A stretch of DNA of 35,194 bases from a virus (lineage: Duplodnaviria > Caudoviricetes). Under the pieces are notes generated by a model. The model was not told the DNA's origin, searched no databases, and saw only the letters and a program-made list of their open reading frames with translations. Where the stretch lies: positions 1 to 35,194 of IMG/VR virus record IMGVR_UViG_3300042564_001419; one strand, given 5' to 3'. Of the stretch, positions 14,749-23,299 are shown piece after piece. Position numbers and translations under genes: made by a program. How positions within the stretch are numbered: the stretch's first letter is position 1; each line of letters starts with the position of its first letter.

Positions 14749-16004
14749 TTGACCCTAACGTATAAGTTGCGCGGTGTGCCGCTATTTGTCTCAATCGCCT
14801 GACCGAGCGAGACGGCGTTGAAGTCATCCCAGCCGCAGGCGGCGCGACCGAGCACAGCAACCGATGGGTTCGCTGGGAGCTGGGTGGTGGCGCCGCCCTC
14901 GACGACCATCAGGGAATAGGCGTGAGATGGAAAAACAGACGCGCGATTAACTCGGCGCACTGTGTAGTTGCCGCCTGCATCGAATCGCATGGCGTACCCG
15001 CGGAACGACTCGCTCCCTTGCACATACACAAAATCGCGGGCCGTCGTCCGGTAATGGCGGCCTTGGCCGAAATGCTCGCCTCCGCCGGCTAGGCTCACCG
15101 AGCACGGCAGGGGGAGCTGGGTCCAGCTTGCCGGCGCCGCCGGGCTCTCGGTCGTCCAGATTCCCGCCATGTTTCCTGACGTTTCAACCCCGAATGCGTA
15201 GAACCGATTACCGACCGTGAACACGACCGGAGGAATCACCGAACCAAGCAGGAATGGTGGGTTCAGTGGGTTGGACCATGTGACACCGTGATCAGACGAC
15301 ACCCGGTAGCTCGTACCGTCAATCGGAGCGACCACAACGCCGCTACTGAGGGCGGCAGCCAACCGGCCCCGGTTGAGTGCGCCTGCGTTGCGGCTTGTCC
15401 AAGTTGCGCCGGTTGGTGATGTGTGGATGGCGAGAGTCGATGTGTTGGTTTCGACCGACACCACGAAGTTGGTGCCAGTCCATTCCAAGTCTGCCGACGC
15501 TGCAACGAGCGTGGCCGCGCCATTAACTGTCACGGTGCGATTGGTCCAAGTGCCGGCGGCGCCTGTTGTGGACTCAGAGACGGTAATGGCGGTGTCGTTG
15601 TTGTTGATGAGCCAGAACTTGCCGCCGAGGAAATAGACGCGGTGCCAAGTGGCGCCTGTGGGTTCCAGTAGCCCCCAGGTCACGCCATTGTCGGTTGAGC
15701 GGCAGAGGGTTGCGTGTGCGCCGGTGCTTGCGCCAAGAATGATCCCGGCACCGTTGCTTGCGGCGGAAGTGACAGCGCGAGCAAGCCCAAATGCAGCCGC
15801 CGACAGATTGATGGCCCTCAGATGCTCCAGCTTCGCAGCCTGCGGGTATGCGCTCGCCAGCGCGAACGAGCCCTGGCGCAGCCACACGGAGCGGTCGCCC
15901 AGAGTGATAAGCGGCTCACCGTCAGGGCCGACCATCATGGCCCCGATGGGGAGGCCGCTCTGCTGCGCGCCAGAGCCACCCATCCCGAAGATGCCGGGGT
16001 TCAC
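14745..16004 (-). CDS. BNR/Asp-box beta-propeller protein, putative receptor-binding tail protein (419 aa)
   Basis: Asp-box motifs RSTDNGVTW, TSPTGATW and SSDHGVTW. Visibly more AT-rich codons than the core genes. Confidence 0.75.
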   Translation of the reverse strand: MNPGIFGMGGSGAQQSGLPIGAMMVGPDGEPLITLGDRSVWLRQGSFALASAYPQAAKLEHLRAINLSAAAFGLARAVTSAASNGAGIILGASTGAHATLCRSTDNGVTWGLLEPTGATWHRVYFLGGKFWLINNNDTAITVSESTTGAAGTWTNRTVTVNGAATLVAASADLEWTGTNFVVSVETNTSTLAIHTSPTGATWTSRNAGALNRGRLAAALSSGVVVAPIDGTSYRVSSDHGVTWSNPLNPPFLLGSVIPPVVFTVGNRFYAFGVETSGNMAGIWTTESPAAPASWTQLPLPCSVSLAGGGEHFGQGRHYRTTARDFVYVQGSESFRGYAMRFDAGGNYTVRRVNRASVFPSHAYSLMVVEGGATTQLPANPSVAVLGRAACGWDDFNAVSLGQAIETNSGTPRNLYVRVK

Positions 16005-16408
16005 AGGTCAGCCCCTTCGGCGCGCACGCGCAGCCCCGTCTGGTTGACGCTAACGGTGGCACGAATCGACCAGCCCGCGGCGTTTGGCAGGACGATCGGA
16101 AGCAGCTCCGGGTTCGTGACTTCGTTGATCGTCTCTTCGAATGCTGGCGTGGTTGTGTTGGGCGCTACCGCAGACACGGCGCGCTCCGCAATCAGGGTGT
16201 AGTTGGCGCCATCGTGCAGCCACCACCGCACGAGGCCCGCAGTGGTTGCGCCAAGGCCTTTGATGCCGAGCCGACTGACGCGCGTGCCAGTCGCGGCCCC
16301 AGTAAGCACTGTGACCACAGTTGTGGGCGCAGTCATGCTGGCGTCAGCGGTCGTCAGCGTGGCCGCGCCGATCTTTGGCTTGGTTGCGAATTCGGGATCA
16401 AGTGCCAT
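16001..16408 (-). CDS. Tail-module beta-rich hypothetical protein (135 aa)
   Basis: Thr/Ala-rich ORF coupled within the fibre module. Confidence 0.75.
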   Translation of the reverse strand: MALDPEFATKPKIGAATLTTADASMTAPTTVVTVLTGAATGTRVSRLGIKGLGATTAGLVRWWLHDGANYTLIAERAVSAVAPNTTTPAFEETINEVTNPELLPIVLPNAAGWSIRATVSVNQTGLRVRAEGADL

Positions 16409-16409
16409 G

Positions 16410-16814
16410 TCAGATCACTCCATTGGCTGCGAGGGAGATGCCGCGCACGCGACGCGCGCGCTGGATCGGCTCCTCGTTGTTGAGATCGGCCCAGCCTGCG
16501 CTGGCGCCGTTTGATTTGGCAAACATACCGGCCTGCTCAGGCGTGGTCGGGATGGCTGATGTGATGGCCACACCCTGGACGTAGTCCTGCGTGGCGACAG
16601 GCTTGCCATCGAGGGTCACGCTGCCCGTGAATGCAGGGCTGGCGAACCCAGGCTTTGCCGCATCGATGCGCGCCGCCTCGGTAACGATGGCGTCGACCTC
16701 GGTCTGCACCTTGGTGAAGCCCGTATCGACGTCAGCGATGCGGTTGTTGATCGACGATGACCGGGCGCGCGAGAACGGCGCAATAAGGGATGGGAGCGTG
16801 AAGAAGCGACTCAT
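16410..16814 (-). CDS. Short tail-fibre anchor/adaptor protein (134 aa)
   Basis: Follows the nozzle gene; carries the fibre motifs ASPAFTGSVTL and VATQDYV. Confidence 0.65.
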   Translation of the reverse strand: MSRFFTLPSLIAPFSRARSSSINNRIADVDTGFTKVQTEVDAIVTEAARIDAAKPGFASPAFTGSVTLDGKPVATQDYVQGVAITSAIPTTPEQAGMFAKSNGASAGWADLNNEEPIQRARRVRGISLAANGVI

Positions 16815-18856
16815 GCCTGCCTCGTTGTTTTACGTGCGCTGTAGCGCACAGAAACGCCTTGCAGCGTGTGTCCGTAGTCGACCTTGGAGATCGAGTAGAA
16901 GAGCATCGACAGGTTGCGCCCGGCGCCGCCAATGCGGACCTTGGGCGACGAGACGTCGGGCGCGTCGAGGAAGAAGGTGTCGAAGTCGTTGACGTCGTAC
17001 AGCCCGCCGGAGCCGGAGGTGATGAACTCGACCAAGTCGGTGGGCTCGCTTCGTGCCGTGCCGCTGCTCAGTTCGCAAGAGATCGACACGCGCGACGCGC
17101 GCACCGATGCGATCTCGACGAAAGCGTCACGGAACGTCTTGTCGACCAGCGGTGTCTTCATGGTCAGCGCGTTGGTGCGCAAGTAGGCCTCGATCTCCTC
17201 GCCATCAAATGACGGCGATTCGCCCGTGATCTCGTAGACGTAGCCGTTGTCGGCTGCGAAGAACACCCGCTCGACACCGTCCACACTCCCGCTCGTCATG
17301 GCAATTGGCGTGACCGGGTACTTGATCGTCGTCGCGGCCACCACACCACCGCCCTGGATCAGTAGGACCAGCCCAGAGCCATCACTGCCCATATAGCGCA
17401 GCTGGTTCTCGGACTCGCTGATGTCGACGCGGGCCGCGCACGAGAAGACCTTGGCCAGCTTGCGCGCCGCTGCGGCGAAGTCGTCGGACCCGTTGTCGGC
17501 CTCGAAGCTGCCGAACTTGTCGCTTGCGCGCAGGGACACGACGCCGAAGCTGGAGAGTGCGTACATATCGACCGTGGCCAGGACGGCGCCGGGCATGGCT
17601 CCGTACTCTGCCGACACGGTCTGCAGATCCATCGTGCTGCTAGGCGTGCCAATGAGCAGCCTGATCGACTTGTCGGTGGCGATGCCAAGCGACTTGCCGG
17701 GCAGCGTGACGAAGCCGGTGAGCGTCGCGCCCATCGCAAACACCTGGGCACCAAGCACACCATCGAACGACGTCGGCGCGCTGGCCACGCTCCATGTGAT
17801 GGACGCGCCGGACCCAAGGATCAGCCGCTCGGAGTGCTGGCAGACATAGGCAGGCCGGTCGTCGGTTGCGCCGGTGTTGATCGGCACCAGGGTCTCTCCG
17901 TCGAACTCGTGCGCCTTGCCGACTCCGTTGACGAAGTACAGGCACTCGCGGTCAGCGCCACCCTTGAAGTTGTGCACGACGCTGCGATACAGGCCGCCGG
18001 CCGGCAGGGCGATCTGAGTCGACGCACCGCCCAGGGTCAGTGTGCCGCCGCCAGCCACGGTGGCTGCGCCCGCAGACAGTGCGCCACCTGCTCGGCCGCT
18101 GATGATCAGGCGGCCAGTGTTGGTGCCCGACTGCAGCGAGCCAGACTCGATCACCACAGCCTTGATGGTCGCGGTGACGACACCCTTGGTCAGCACCTGC
18201 CCGACCTTCACGTTGGCGTTGGCGGCCGAGAATGCGACCTCCTCACCGAACGTGACGCGCTGCCAGCCGGTGGGTGAACTCGCGTACATGGCGCCGCCAG
18301 CGATGACGTCGTTGCGCCATGCGTAGACCTTGTTCTTGAAGACTGCCACGCCGCGCACGGGCCCGGCGCCTGGGACGGTGCCGATGCTTGCGCGCCGGAC
18401 GTCCTGGCACAAGCTGAGAAGCTCGGCCTCAGTGTCGACGCTCTCGGTCGAGACCTCCTCGTCGCCGGTGATGGAGCCGACGGGCTGCCCGGCCGCCATG
18501 ATCGAGGTGCCGGCCACCAGCGCGCCGCCGACCAGATCGGTCAGCAGGATCACGCTCGGGCTGTAGACGCCGACGAACAGCGCGGTGGCTGCGCCGATAG
18601 TGACTGCGGTACCGGGGGCGACCGTGCTGGTCATCGTGGCCTTGGCCATCGCCAGCTCCGCGCCAGACGGCGCCGGCATGCCCGAGAAGCGCTCGTAGCC
18701 CTTGGTGCGCGTGTAGCCACCGTCCAGCGCTGGCTCGTAGTTCATCACTGCATCCAGCGTGCCGGGCCTGCGGGCCAGGGCCATGCCGGATGTGGACAGG
18801 CCTCCCGCGAACGGGATGAACGGCATCTGCTCCTTGGCGAACTGCTGTTGCATCAT
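16811..18856 (-). CDS. Tail nozzle/packaged DNA stabilisation protein (P22 gp10/T7 gp12-like), ~681 aa
   Basis: PFAGGL..NYEP..GGYTRTKGY N-terminus, beta-propeller-like composition and position after the adaptor. Start placed at the ATGA overlap at 18856. Confidence 0.7.
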   Translation of the reverse strand: MMQQQFAKEQMPFIPFAGGLSTSGMALARRPGTLDAVMNYEPALDGGYTRTKGYERFSGMPAPSGAELAMAKATMTSTVAPGTAVTIGAATALFVGVYSPSVILLTDLVGGALVAGTSIMAAGQPVGSITGDEEVSTESVDTEAELLSLCQDVRRASIGTVPGAGPVRGVAVFKNKVYAWRNDVIAGGAMYASSPTGWQRVTFGEEVAFSAANANVKVGQVLTKGVVTATIKAVVIESGSLQSGTNTGRLIISGRAGGALSAGAATVAGGGTLTLGGASTQIALPAGGLYRSVVHNFKGGADRECLYFVNGVGKAHEFDGETLVPINTGATDDRPAYVCQHSERLILGSGASITWSVASAPTSFDGVLGAQVFAMGATLTGFVTLPGKSLGIATDKSIRLLIGTPSSTMDLQTVSAEYGAMPGAVLATVDMYALSSFGVVSLRASDKFGSFEADNGSDDFAAAARKLAKVFSCAARVDISESENQLRYMGSDGSGLVLLIQGGGVVAATTIKYPVTPIAMTSGSVDGVERVFFAADNGYVYEITGESPSFDGEEIEAYLRTNALTMKTPLVDKTFRDAFVEIASVRASRVSISCELSSGTARSEPTDLVEFITSGSGGLYDVNDFDTFFLDAPDVSSPKVRIGGAGRNLSMLFYSISKVDYGHTLQGVSVRYSARKTTRQA

Positions 18857-19524
18857 GCGAGCGGCCCGCACAGGGTGTACTGGTCGAGCTGCGTGCGACG
18901 CATCGCGCGCATCATCGATCGGTAGGACAGTTGCGCGCTGGTGTAGACCTCGCTCATGTTGTCGCCTGCCGCCAGCTTCATGCAGGCGAGGTGGGCGATC
19001 AGCATGTGGTACTCACTCGGCAGCGGTGGGACGTCGGTGTTTTCCGCCATGCCAGCGGCCGCCCTGGTGAACGTGCCGCGGATGCTGCACGCGCGGTCTG
19101 GCGTGGCGCCAAGCCAGAGCTGGCTGTCGTCGCCGACAGCGATGACCGACGGGATGCCGGCCGGCATGCTGCCGAACACGAACGACAGCTCGTAGTCGCT
19201 GAAGTCCCACACACCGAGCGGCGTGTAGCTCTGCTGCCCAGGCGGGCGCACGCCGACCTCTCGGTCGTTGAATCGGTACTCGCGCACCGGGCGGCCCCCG
19301 GTCACCAGGGTCGCCGGGTAGTTGGCCCGGCCAGCCTCGGTTGTGAACTCAAAGCCGGCGCGCATGAAGCGCCAGCTGTCCGACATCTGCAGGATCTCCA
19401 GCAGCGCCTCGTTGACGGCATCGACCACGCGGGCGAAGTCGCCCGACTGGTTGACGACGCTGGCGATGCGGCCGGTCACGAAGCACCGAGGCGCCACGTT
19501 CTTGCAGATGTCGAGGAAGTTCAT
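18853..19524 (-). CDS. Head-to-tail adaptor protein (223 aa)
   Basis: MNFLDICK..VNEALLEI..WRFMR..DVPPLPSEYHMLI, a typical podoviral adaptor pattern in the expected position. Confidence 0.75.
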   Translation of the reverse strand: MNFLDICKNVAPRCFVTGRIASVVNQSGDFARVVDAVNEALLEILQMSDSWRFMRAGFEFTTEAGRANYPATLVTGGRPVREYRFNDREVGVRPPGQQSYTPLGVWDFSDYELSFVFGSMPAGIPSVIAVGDDSQLWLGATPDRACSIRGTFTRAAAGMAENTDVPPLPSEYHMLIAHLACMKLAAGDNMSEVYTSAQLSYRSMMRAMRRTQLDQYTLCGPLA

Positions 19525-19530
19525 CGTGGC

Positions 19531-20043
19531 TTAGGCGTTGGCGCTGGTGAGCAGCGGGCGCAGCCAGTCGCGCCCCTTCATGCCGGCCGGGTCATGGGCC
19601 ACGCTGAAGGGGTAGGACAGGCGCAGCTTCACCTGCTCACGGAACGACTGGAAGCCCTCGTTGTCGGTGTGCGGCTTCTGGGTCACGATCGCCGTCTTGG
19701 CCTGGGCCAGCAGCGCAACGTGGTAGCGCTTCACGCGCTGCTCCAGTTGGCTGTCGCGCATCAGTAGACGGTAGTCGCCATTCACATTCAGCTCGACGAA
19801 GTTGGGCTCGGACTCGTGCGAGCGGTCGTGCAGCGTGATCAGCAGCTCCTCGGCCATGAAGGCCTCGACGCTCATCTTGCTGGGGTCGATGCGCGCATCG
19901 ACGTCGGTGGCGATTGCGTCCGACGACAGGGCCATGCCAGTCTTGGCTGCCTTGTCGTGGTCGACATCCTCGACGCCGCCGACGATCTTGTCCGAACCGT
20001 CGGCCGTGCTCTGACCCTTGCGCTCGTATCGATTGATGTTCAC
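19531..20043 (-). CDS. Conserved hypothetical head-region protein (170 aa)
   Basis: GTG start with GGAGA RBS; lies between the decoration and adaptor genes. Confidence 0.8.
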   Translation of the reverse strand: MNINRYERKGQSTADGSDKIVGGVEDVDHDKAAKTGMALSSDAIATDVDARIDPSKMSVEAFMAEELLITLHDRSHESEPNFVELNVNGDYRLLMRDSQLEQRVKRYHVALLAQAKTAIVTQKPHTDNEGFQSFREQVKLRLSYPFSVAHDPAGMKGRDWLRPLLTSANA

Positions 20044-20068
20044 TTGCTTGTCTCCGTACTGTTGGGGT

Positions 20069-20115
20069 GGCTGGCGACCGAAGCCGCCAGCCGGTTGTCA
20101 GCGGCCGAAGCCGCT
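20069..20115 (-). other. Tandem cUUCGg hairpins
   Basis: AGCGGC-TTCG-GCCGCT (20100-20115) and GGCTGGCGGC-TTCG-GTCGCCAGCC (20069-20092); no U-tract. Confidence 0.7.
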
Positions 20116-20123
20116 TGTCACGC

Positions 20124-20621
20124 TTAGGCGCGCAGGGGCTCGGCCGGGATGGTCGCGCAGTTCAGGTAGCTGGCAGTCACGCCGGCCGCATTCAGTGCGG
20201 TGGTGCCGGGGACGAACGTCACGCCCGCGTTCACAGCGACGCGCAGGGCGCCGAAGAAGCACAGGTTGCGGCGGCTCGACGGGAACTGCAGCGCCACCTG
20301 ACCAGCGGCCAGATGTGCCGTGTTGACGATCGGGCCGGGCAGCACCGAGACGGCGCCGGCTGCGTTCATGTACAGGCCGTACAGGCGGGTGGAGCCGCCA
20401 GCCTGACCAGTGAACGAGCCATCGGTTGCCACACCATAGGTGGGGGGCAGGGTCAGTGCGATCGAGATGTTGTCGGTGATCGCCTTGGCAGCCGCGAAGA
20501 CGCCGTCGATGACGAAGGCGATGGCTGCAGTGATGCGGATCGTGCCGGCGGTGGTGCCGTTGGCCAGGGCGCCGGAGTTCAGCGTGTAGCTGCCGCCTTG
20601 GGAGAGACCGTTGTTGTCCAT
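20124..20621 (-). CDS. Putative capsid decoration/cement protein (165 aa)
   Basis: Gly/Ala/Thr-rich beta protein directly after the MCP, with AAGGA RBS. Confidence 0.65.
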   Translation of the reverse strand: MDNNGLSQGGSYTLNSGALANGTTAGTIRITAAIAFVIDGVFAAAKAITDNISIALTLPPTYGVATDGSFTGQAGGSTRLYGLYMNAAGAVSVLPGPIVNTAHLAAGQVALQFPSSRRNLCFFGALRVAVNAGVTFVPGTTALNAAGVTASYLNCATIPAEPLRA

Positions 20622-20694
20622 TTGGATTCCTTGTTTCGTTGTGCGTGCAATCGACTAGGTAGCGGCCGGAGCCGCTACTTCATCAATGTGATAC

Positions 20695-21735
20695 TTACAG
20701 GGCGCTGGCGGACGATTCCAGGCGGATCATCCAGTTCTCGTTCAGGCGCACGGCGGTCTTCCAGAAGTTGGCGCCGACGTAGCCGAACTGGCCCATCGGG
20801 TTGGCGTGCGACTTCACCTTCGCCGGCAGGTACGTCGGGTCGATGCTGTCCATGCCCTTCACCGCGACCTGACCCCAGGCATCGCGGCCGATGATCACCC
20901 ACGGGTAGACGTCGGCAGATGCACCGCCGGCGTTAGGTGCGCCGTTCGACAGCATCGTGCCGGCAGCGGCCACTGCACCGCCAGCCGCCAGGAACGGACG
21001 GAAGTACGGGCTGGTGATGAAGCGGAAGTTCTCCACCGCACCGATCTCGCGCTCGTGCACCGGCTTGACGGTGCCGTACTCCACCACCGGCGTGAAGCCG
21101 GGGATGTTGCGGACATCGCTCTCGCAGTCGGTGTGGATGAACACCAGATAGGCGGCGTGGATACCCGAGGTGCCGAAGTTCACGCCGGCCGACAGGCGCT
21201 CAGTCACGCGCTGGCCGTGTGCCGCCTCGATCATGCGGGCCGCCAAACGCAGCTTGGGCAGGCCGCCGGGGGTGTTCACCTGATTGCGGACGGTGCCGTT
21301 GGCGAAGACCACAGAGGTGCCACCGCGGACGACGCCATAGGCGATCAGCTCCTCGATGGTGCCCATGTGCTCGCCCACCTTGGCCATCATGTCCTTGGGG
21401 ATGTCGTCCTCGTAGAGAGACTCCGCTTTGGACGACAGCTTCATCAGCACACCGTACTGCTGCACGGTGCACTGGACGTCGTCGTAGTCCAGCGTGCGGG
21501 CGCCCGGCGTGACGCCTTCGGACAAGAGGTAGTCGCTCACGTTGACGTTAGGCGCACCGTTGGCGCCTGCGTCGATGGGGCGCGGGCGACGGAACACGAT
21601 GGTGTCCGTCTTGTTCTGGCCCAGGGGCTTCTGGTCACCGAAGATGCCAAGCACCTTGATGGGTTCGGCCGCCTTGAGCATGATGCGCTCGGCCAGGATT
21701 TGATTGCGACTCTGTACGGTCGAATACTGCTGCAT
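20695..21735 (-). CDS. Major capsid protein, N4-gp56 family (346 aa)
   Basis: TIVFRR..LSEGVTP..QQYG..EIGAVENFRFI..DVYP..GRDAWG..NPMGQFGYVG..RLNENWMIRLE motifs. Confidence 0.92.
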   Translation of the reverse strand: MQQYSTVQSRNQILAERIMLKAAEPIKVLGIFGDQKPLGQNKTDTIVFRRPRPIDAGANGAPNVNVSDYLLSEGVTPGARTLDYDDVQCTVQQYGVLMKLSSKAESLYEDDIPKDMMAKVGEHMGTIEELIAYGVVRGGTSVVFANGTVRNQVNTPGGLPKLRLAARMIEAAHGQRVTERLSAGVNFGTSGIHAAYLVFIHTDCESDVRNIPGFTPVVEYGTVKPVHEREIGAVENFRFITSPYFRPFLAAGGAVAAAGTMLSNGAPNAGGASADVYPWVIIGRDAWGQVAVKGMDSIDPTYLPAKVKSHANPMGQFGYVGANFWKTAVRLNENWMIRLESSASAL

Positions 21736-21747
21736 GTTTGTGTCCTG

Positions 21748-22650
21748 TTAGGTCTGTTTGTCTTGGGCTTCAAGGTGGGCCCAGTACTCCTCGCGCGACA
21801 TCTGATCGACGCCACGGTTCGTACTGAAGCCGCCCCTGTGGGTGCGGGAGGCTGCGGACATTCCACCGAAAGCACTGAGCCGGTCTTGCGGGTCAGGCTG
21901 CTTTCCGTGTCGTGCCTTGAAGGCGTCAATCAGCTTGACGCCTGCAGCTGGCGAAGGGTCGGCGCCCAATCGCTTCACCTCGTCGGGTTGTCGCTGATAC
22001 CAGCCGACAAACTCGGGTGTCTCGATCAGGTCTTGCCAACCCTCGTGGCTAGCCTCGATGAACGCATCTCGACGCGCGAGTGCGATATCGGCCTCCGTGT
22101 ATCCAGTGCGCGCCTCGACCTGGGCCGCCGGCTTCTGTGTCGCTTCGCGCTGCGACGACATCTGCTCGGACAGCACAGCCTCAAGGTCTGCGCCAAACTC
22201 CGGGTACTTCTCCTTGAGGGCTGCCATCGCCTTCGACCCGCCGGCATGCGCCGCCTGGATCTGAGCTTCTGTCGGGGCTGCGTTGCCAGCATCTGCACTG
22301 GTTTGCGCCGCCTCGCGGGCCGCCTTCAGGGATGACTTGATGCCGCCGATGTGCCCTTCAGCCCCGCGCAGGCGCGTCTGAAGTTGGGCAATGGTCGACT
22401 GCATGCCAGCCATCGTGTCCAGGAATTCCTGGGGGATGCCTGCGAACTGTGGCGTCAGGGCACCGGCATCTGCCTCTTGGCCGGTCTTCTCGACGGGCTC
22501 ATTGGCTGCGGGCTCGCTCTTCAGTCCATCGATCGCGCTCGCGTTGGGCAGCTGCGGTGCGGAATTGTTCAGAGTGCTCTCGTCGCGCTCCGCGTCATCC
22601 CACATACGCTGCCGCTCCGCTGCGGTCATCTTGGTCTCGCTTGTGTTCAT
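21748..22650 (-). CDS. Capsid scaffolding protein (300 aa)
   Basis: Acidic coiled-coil protein immediately upstream of the MCP, with C-terminal MSREEYW helix. Confidence 0.75.
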   Translation of the reverse strand: MNTSETKMTAAERQRMWDDAERDESTLNNSAPQLPNASAIDGLKSEPAANEPVEKTGQEADAGALTPQFAGIPQEFLDTMAGMQSTIAQLQTRLRGAEGHIGGIKSSLKAAREAAQTSADAGNAAPTEAQIQAAHAGGSKAMAALKEKYPEFGADLEAVLSEQMSSQREATQKPAAQVEARTGYTEADIALARRDAFIEASHEGWQDLIETPEFVGWYQRQPDEVKRLGADPSPAAGVKLIDAFKARHGKQPDPQDRLSAFGGMSAASRTHRGGFSTNRGVDQMSREEYWAHLEAQDKQT

Positions 22651-22657
22651 GTCTCGC

Positions 22658-22921
22658 TCAAATGGTCACGCCGATGCGCTCAAGCTCGGCAAGTTGGTGT
22701 GCAGGAACATCCGGCCCACCACTGCGATCTGCGCTGGCTTTTGCCAGGGCAAGCAGCTCTTTGACAGCCTTGATCTGACCTCGGATCTCAGCCGTGCTGA
22801 TCTCATCCTTGCGGACGTCGTTCAGCTCACGAAGGCGCTCAAGCTCTGCGTTCAGCGTCTTCGTGAGCCGCTCCCACACCCCGGTGCGGAAGTCGTCTGG
22901 TCGCAATGCGTGTGTTTTCAT
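22658..22921 (-). CDS. Small head-region hypothetical protein (87 aa)
   Basis: WERL..LRELND..EIRGQIKAVKELL, a small helical protein of the kind usually found between portal and scaffold. Confidence 0.8.
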   Translation of the reverse strand: MKTHALRPDDFRTGVWERLTKTLNAELERLRELNDVRKDEISTAEIRGQIKAVKELLALAKASADRSGGPDVPAHQLAELERIGVTI

Positions 22922-22927
22922 TCGGGC

Positions 22928-22954
22928 AAAAAAGAAGCCACCCGAAGGTGGCTT
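22928..22954 (-). terminator. Intrinsic terminator-like hairpin
   Basis: AAGCCACC-TTCG-GGTGGCTT followed by CTTTTTT. Confidence 0.8.
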
Positions 22955-22983
22955 GAAAGTTGGAACGCATTTTTCCGGGGTCC

Positions 22984-23027
22984 AATGTATCGGCGATCAG
23001 TCGGGCTTGAAAATCCGACGACTGATG
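22984..23027 (-). promoter_or_regulatory. Putative late promoter, copy 3
   Basis: CATCAGtcGTCGG, with TACATT beginning 30 nt after the G of GTCG. Confidence 0.65.
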
Positions 23028-23299
23028 CCGTCCTCGCCGATGACGAACGTGACCATCTCGCCACCTCGCTCCGCCATCAGATTGCGCACCTTGTGAGTCC
23101 GCGCGATGTGCTCGGCAAGAGATCGCCAATCGGCCTGGGTCAGTTGGCCACCAGGGCACAGCGTCGCGTGAACGAACGCAGTGCCTGGGGCCAATAGATC
23201 CAGGGAGCCCACCGCATTGAACGGCCCGCGCTCCTGCGCATCCTTCTCGGATGCGTAGCCACGCAGGATGATCTGGTGCGGTGAGCTGACCCAGAGCAT
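22997..23299 (-). CDS. Hypothetical protein (100 aa)
   Basis: TAATG-coupled to the fibre gene. Confidence 0.65.
   Translation of the reverse strand: MLWVSSPHQIILRGYASEKDAQERGPFNAVGSLDLLAPGTAFVHATLCPGGQLTQADWRSLAEHIARTHKVRNLMAERGGEMVTFVIGEDGISRRIFKPD

Noticed and set aside
20675-20902. Programmed frameshift extension of the major capsid protein
   Set aside because: No slippery sequence is evident near the MCP stop, and the alternative frame ends only 20 nt later.
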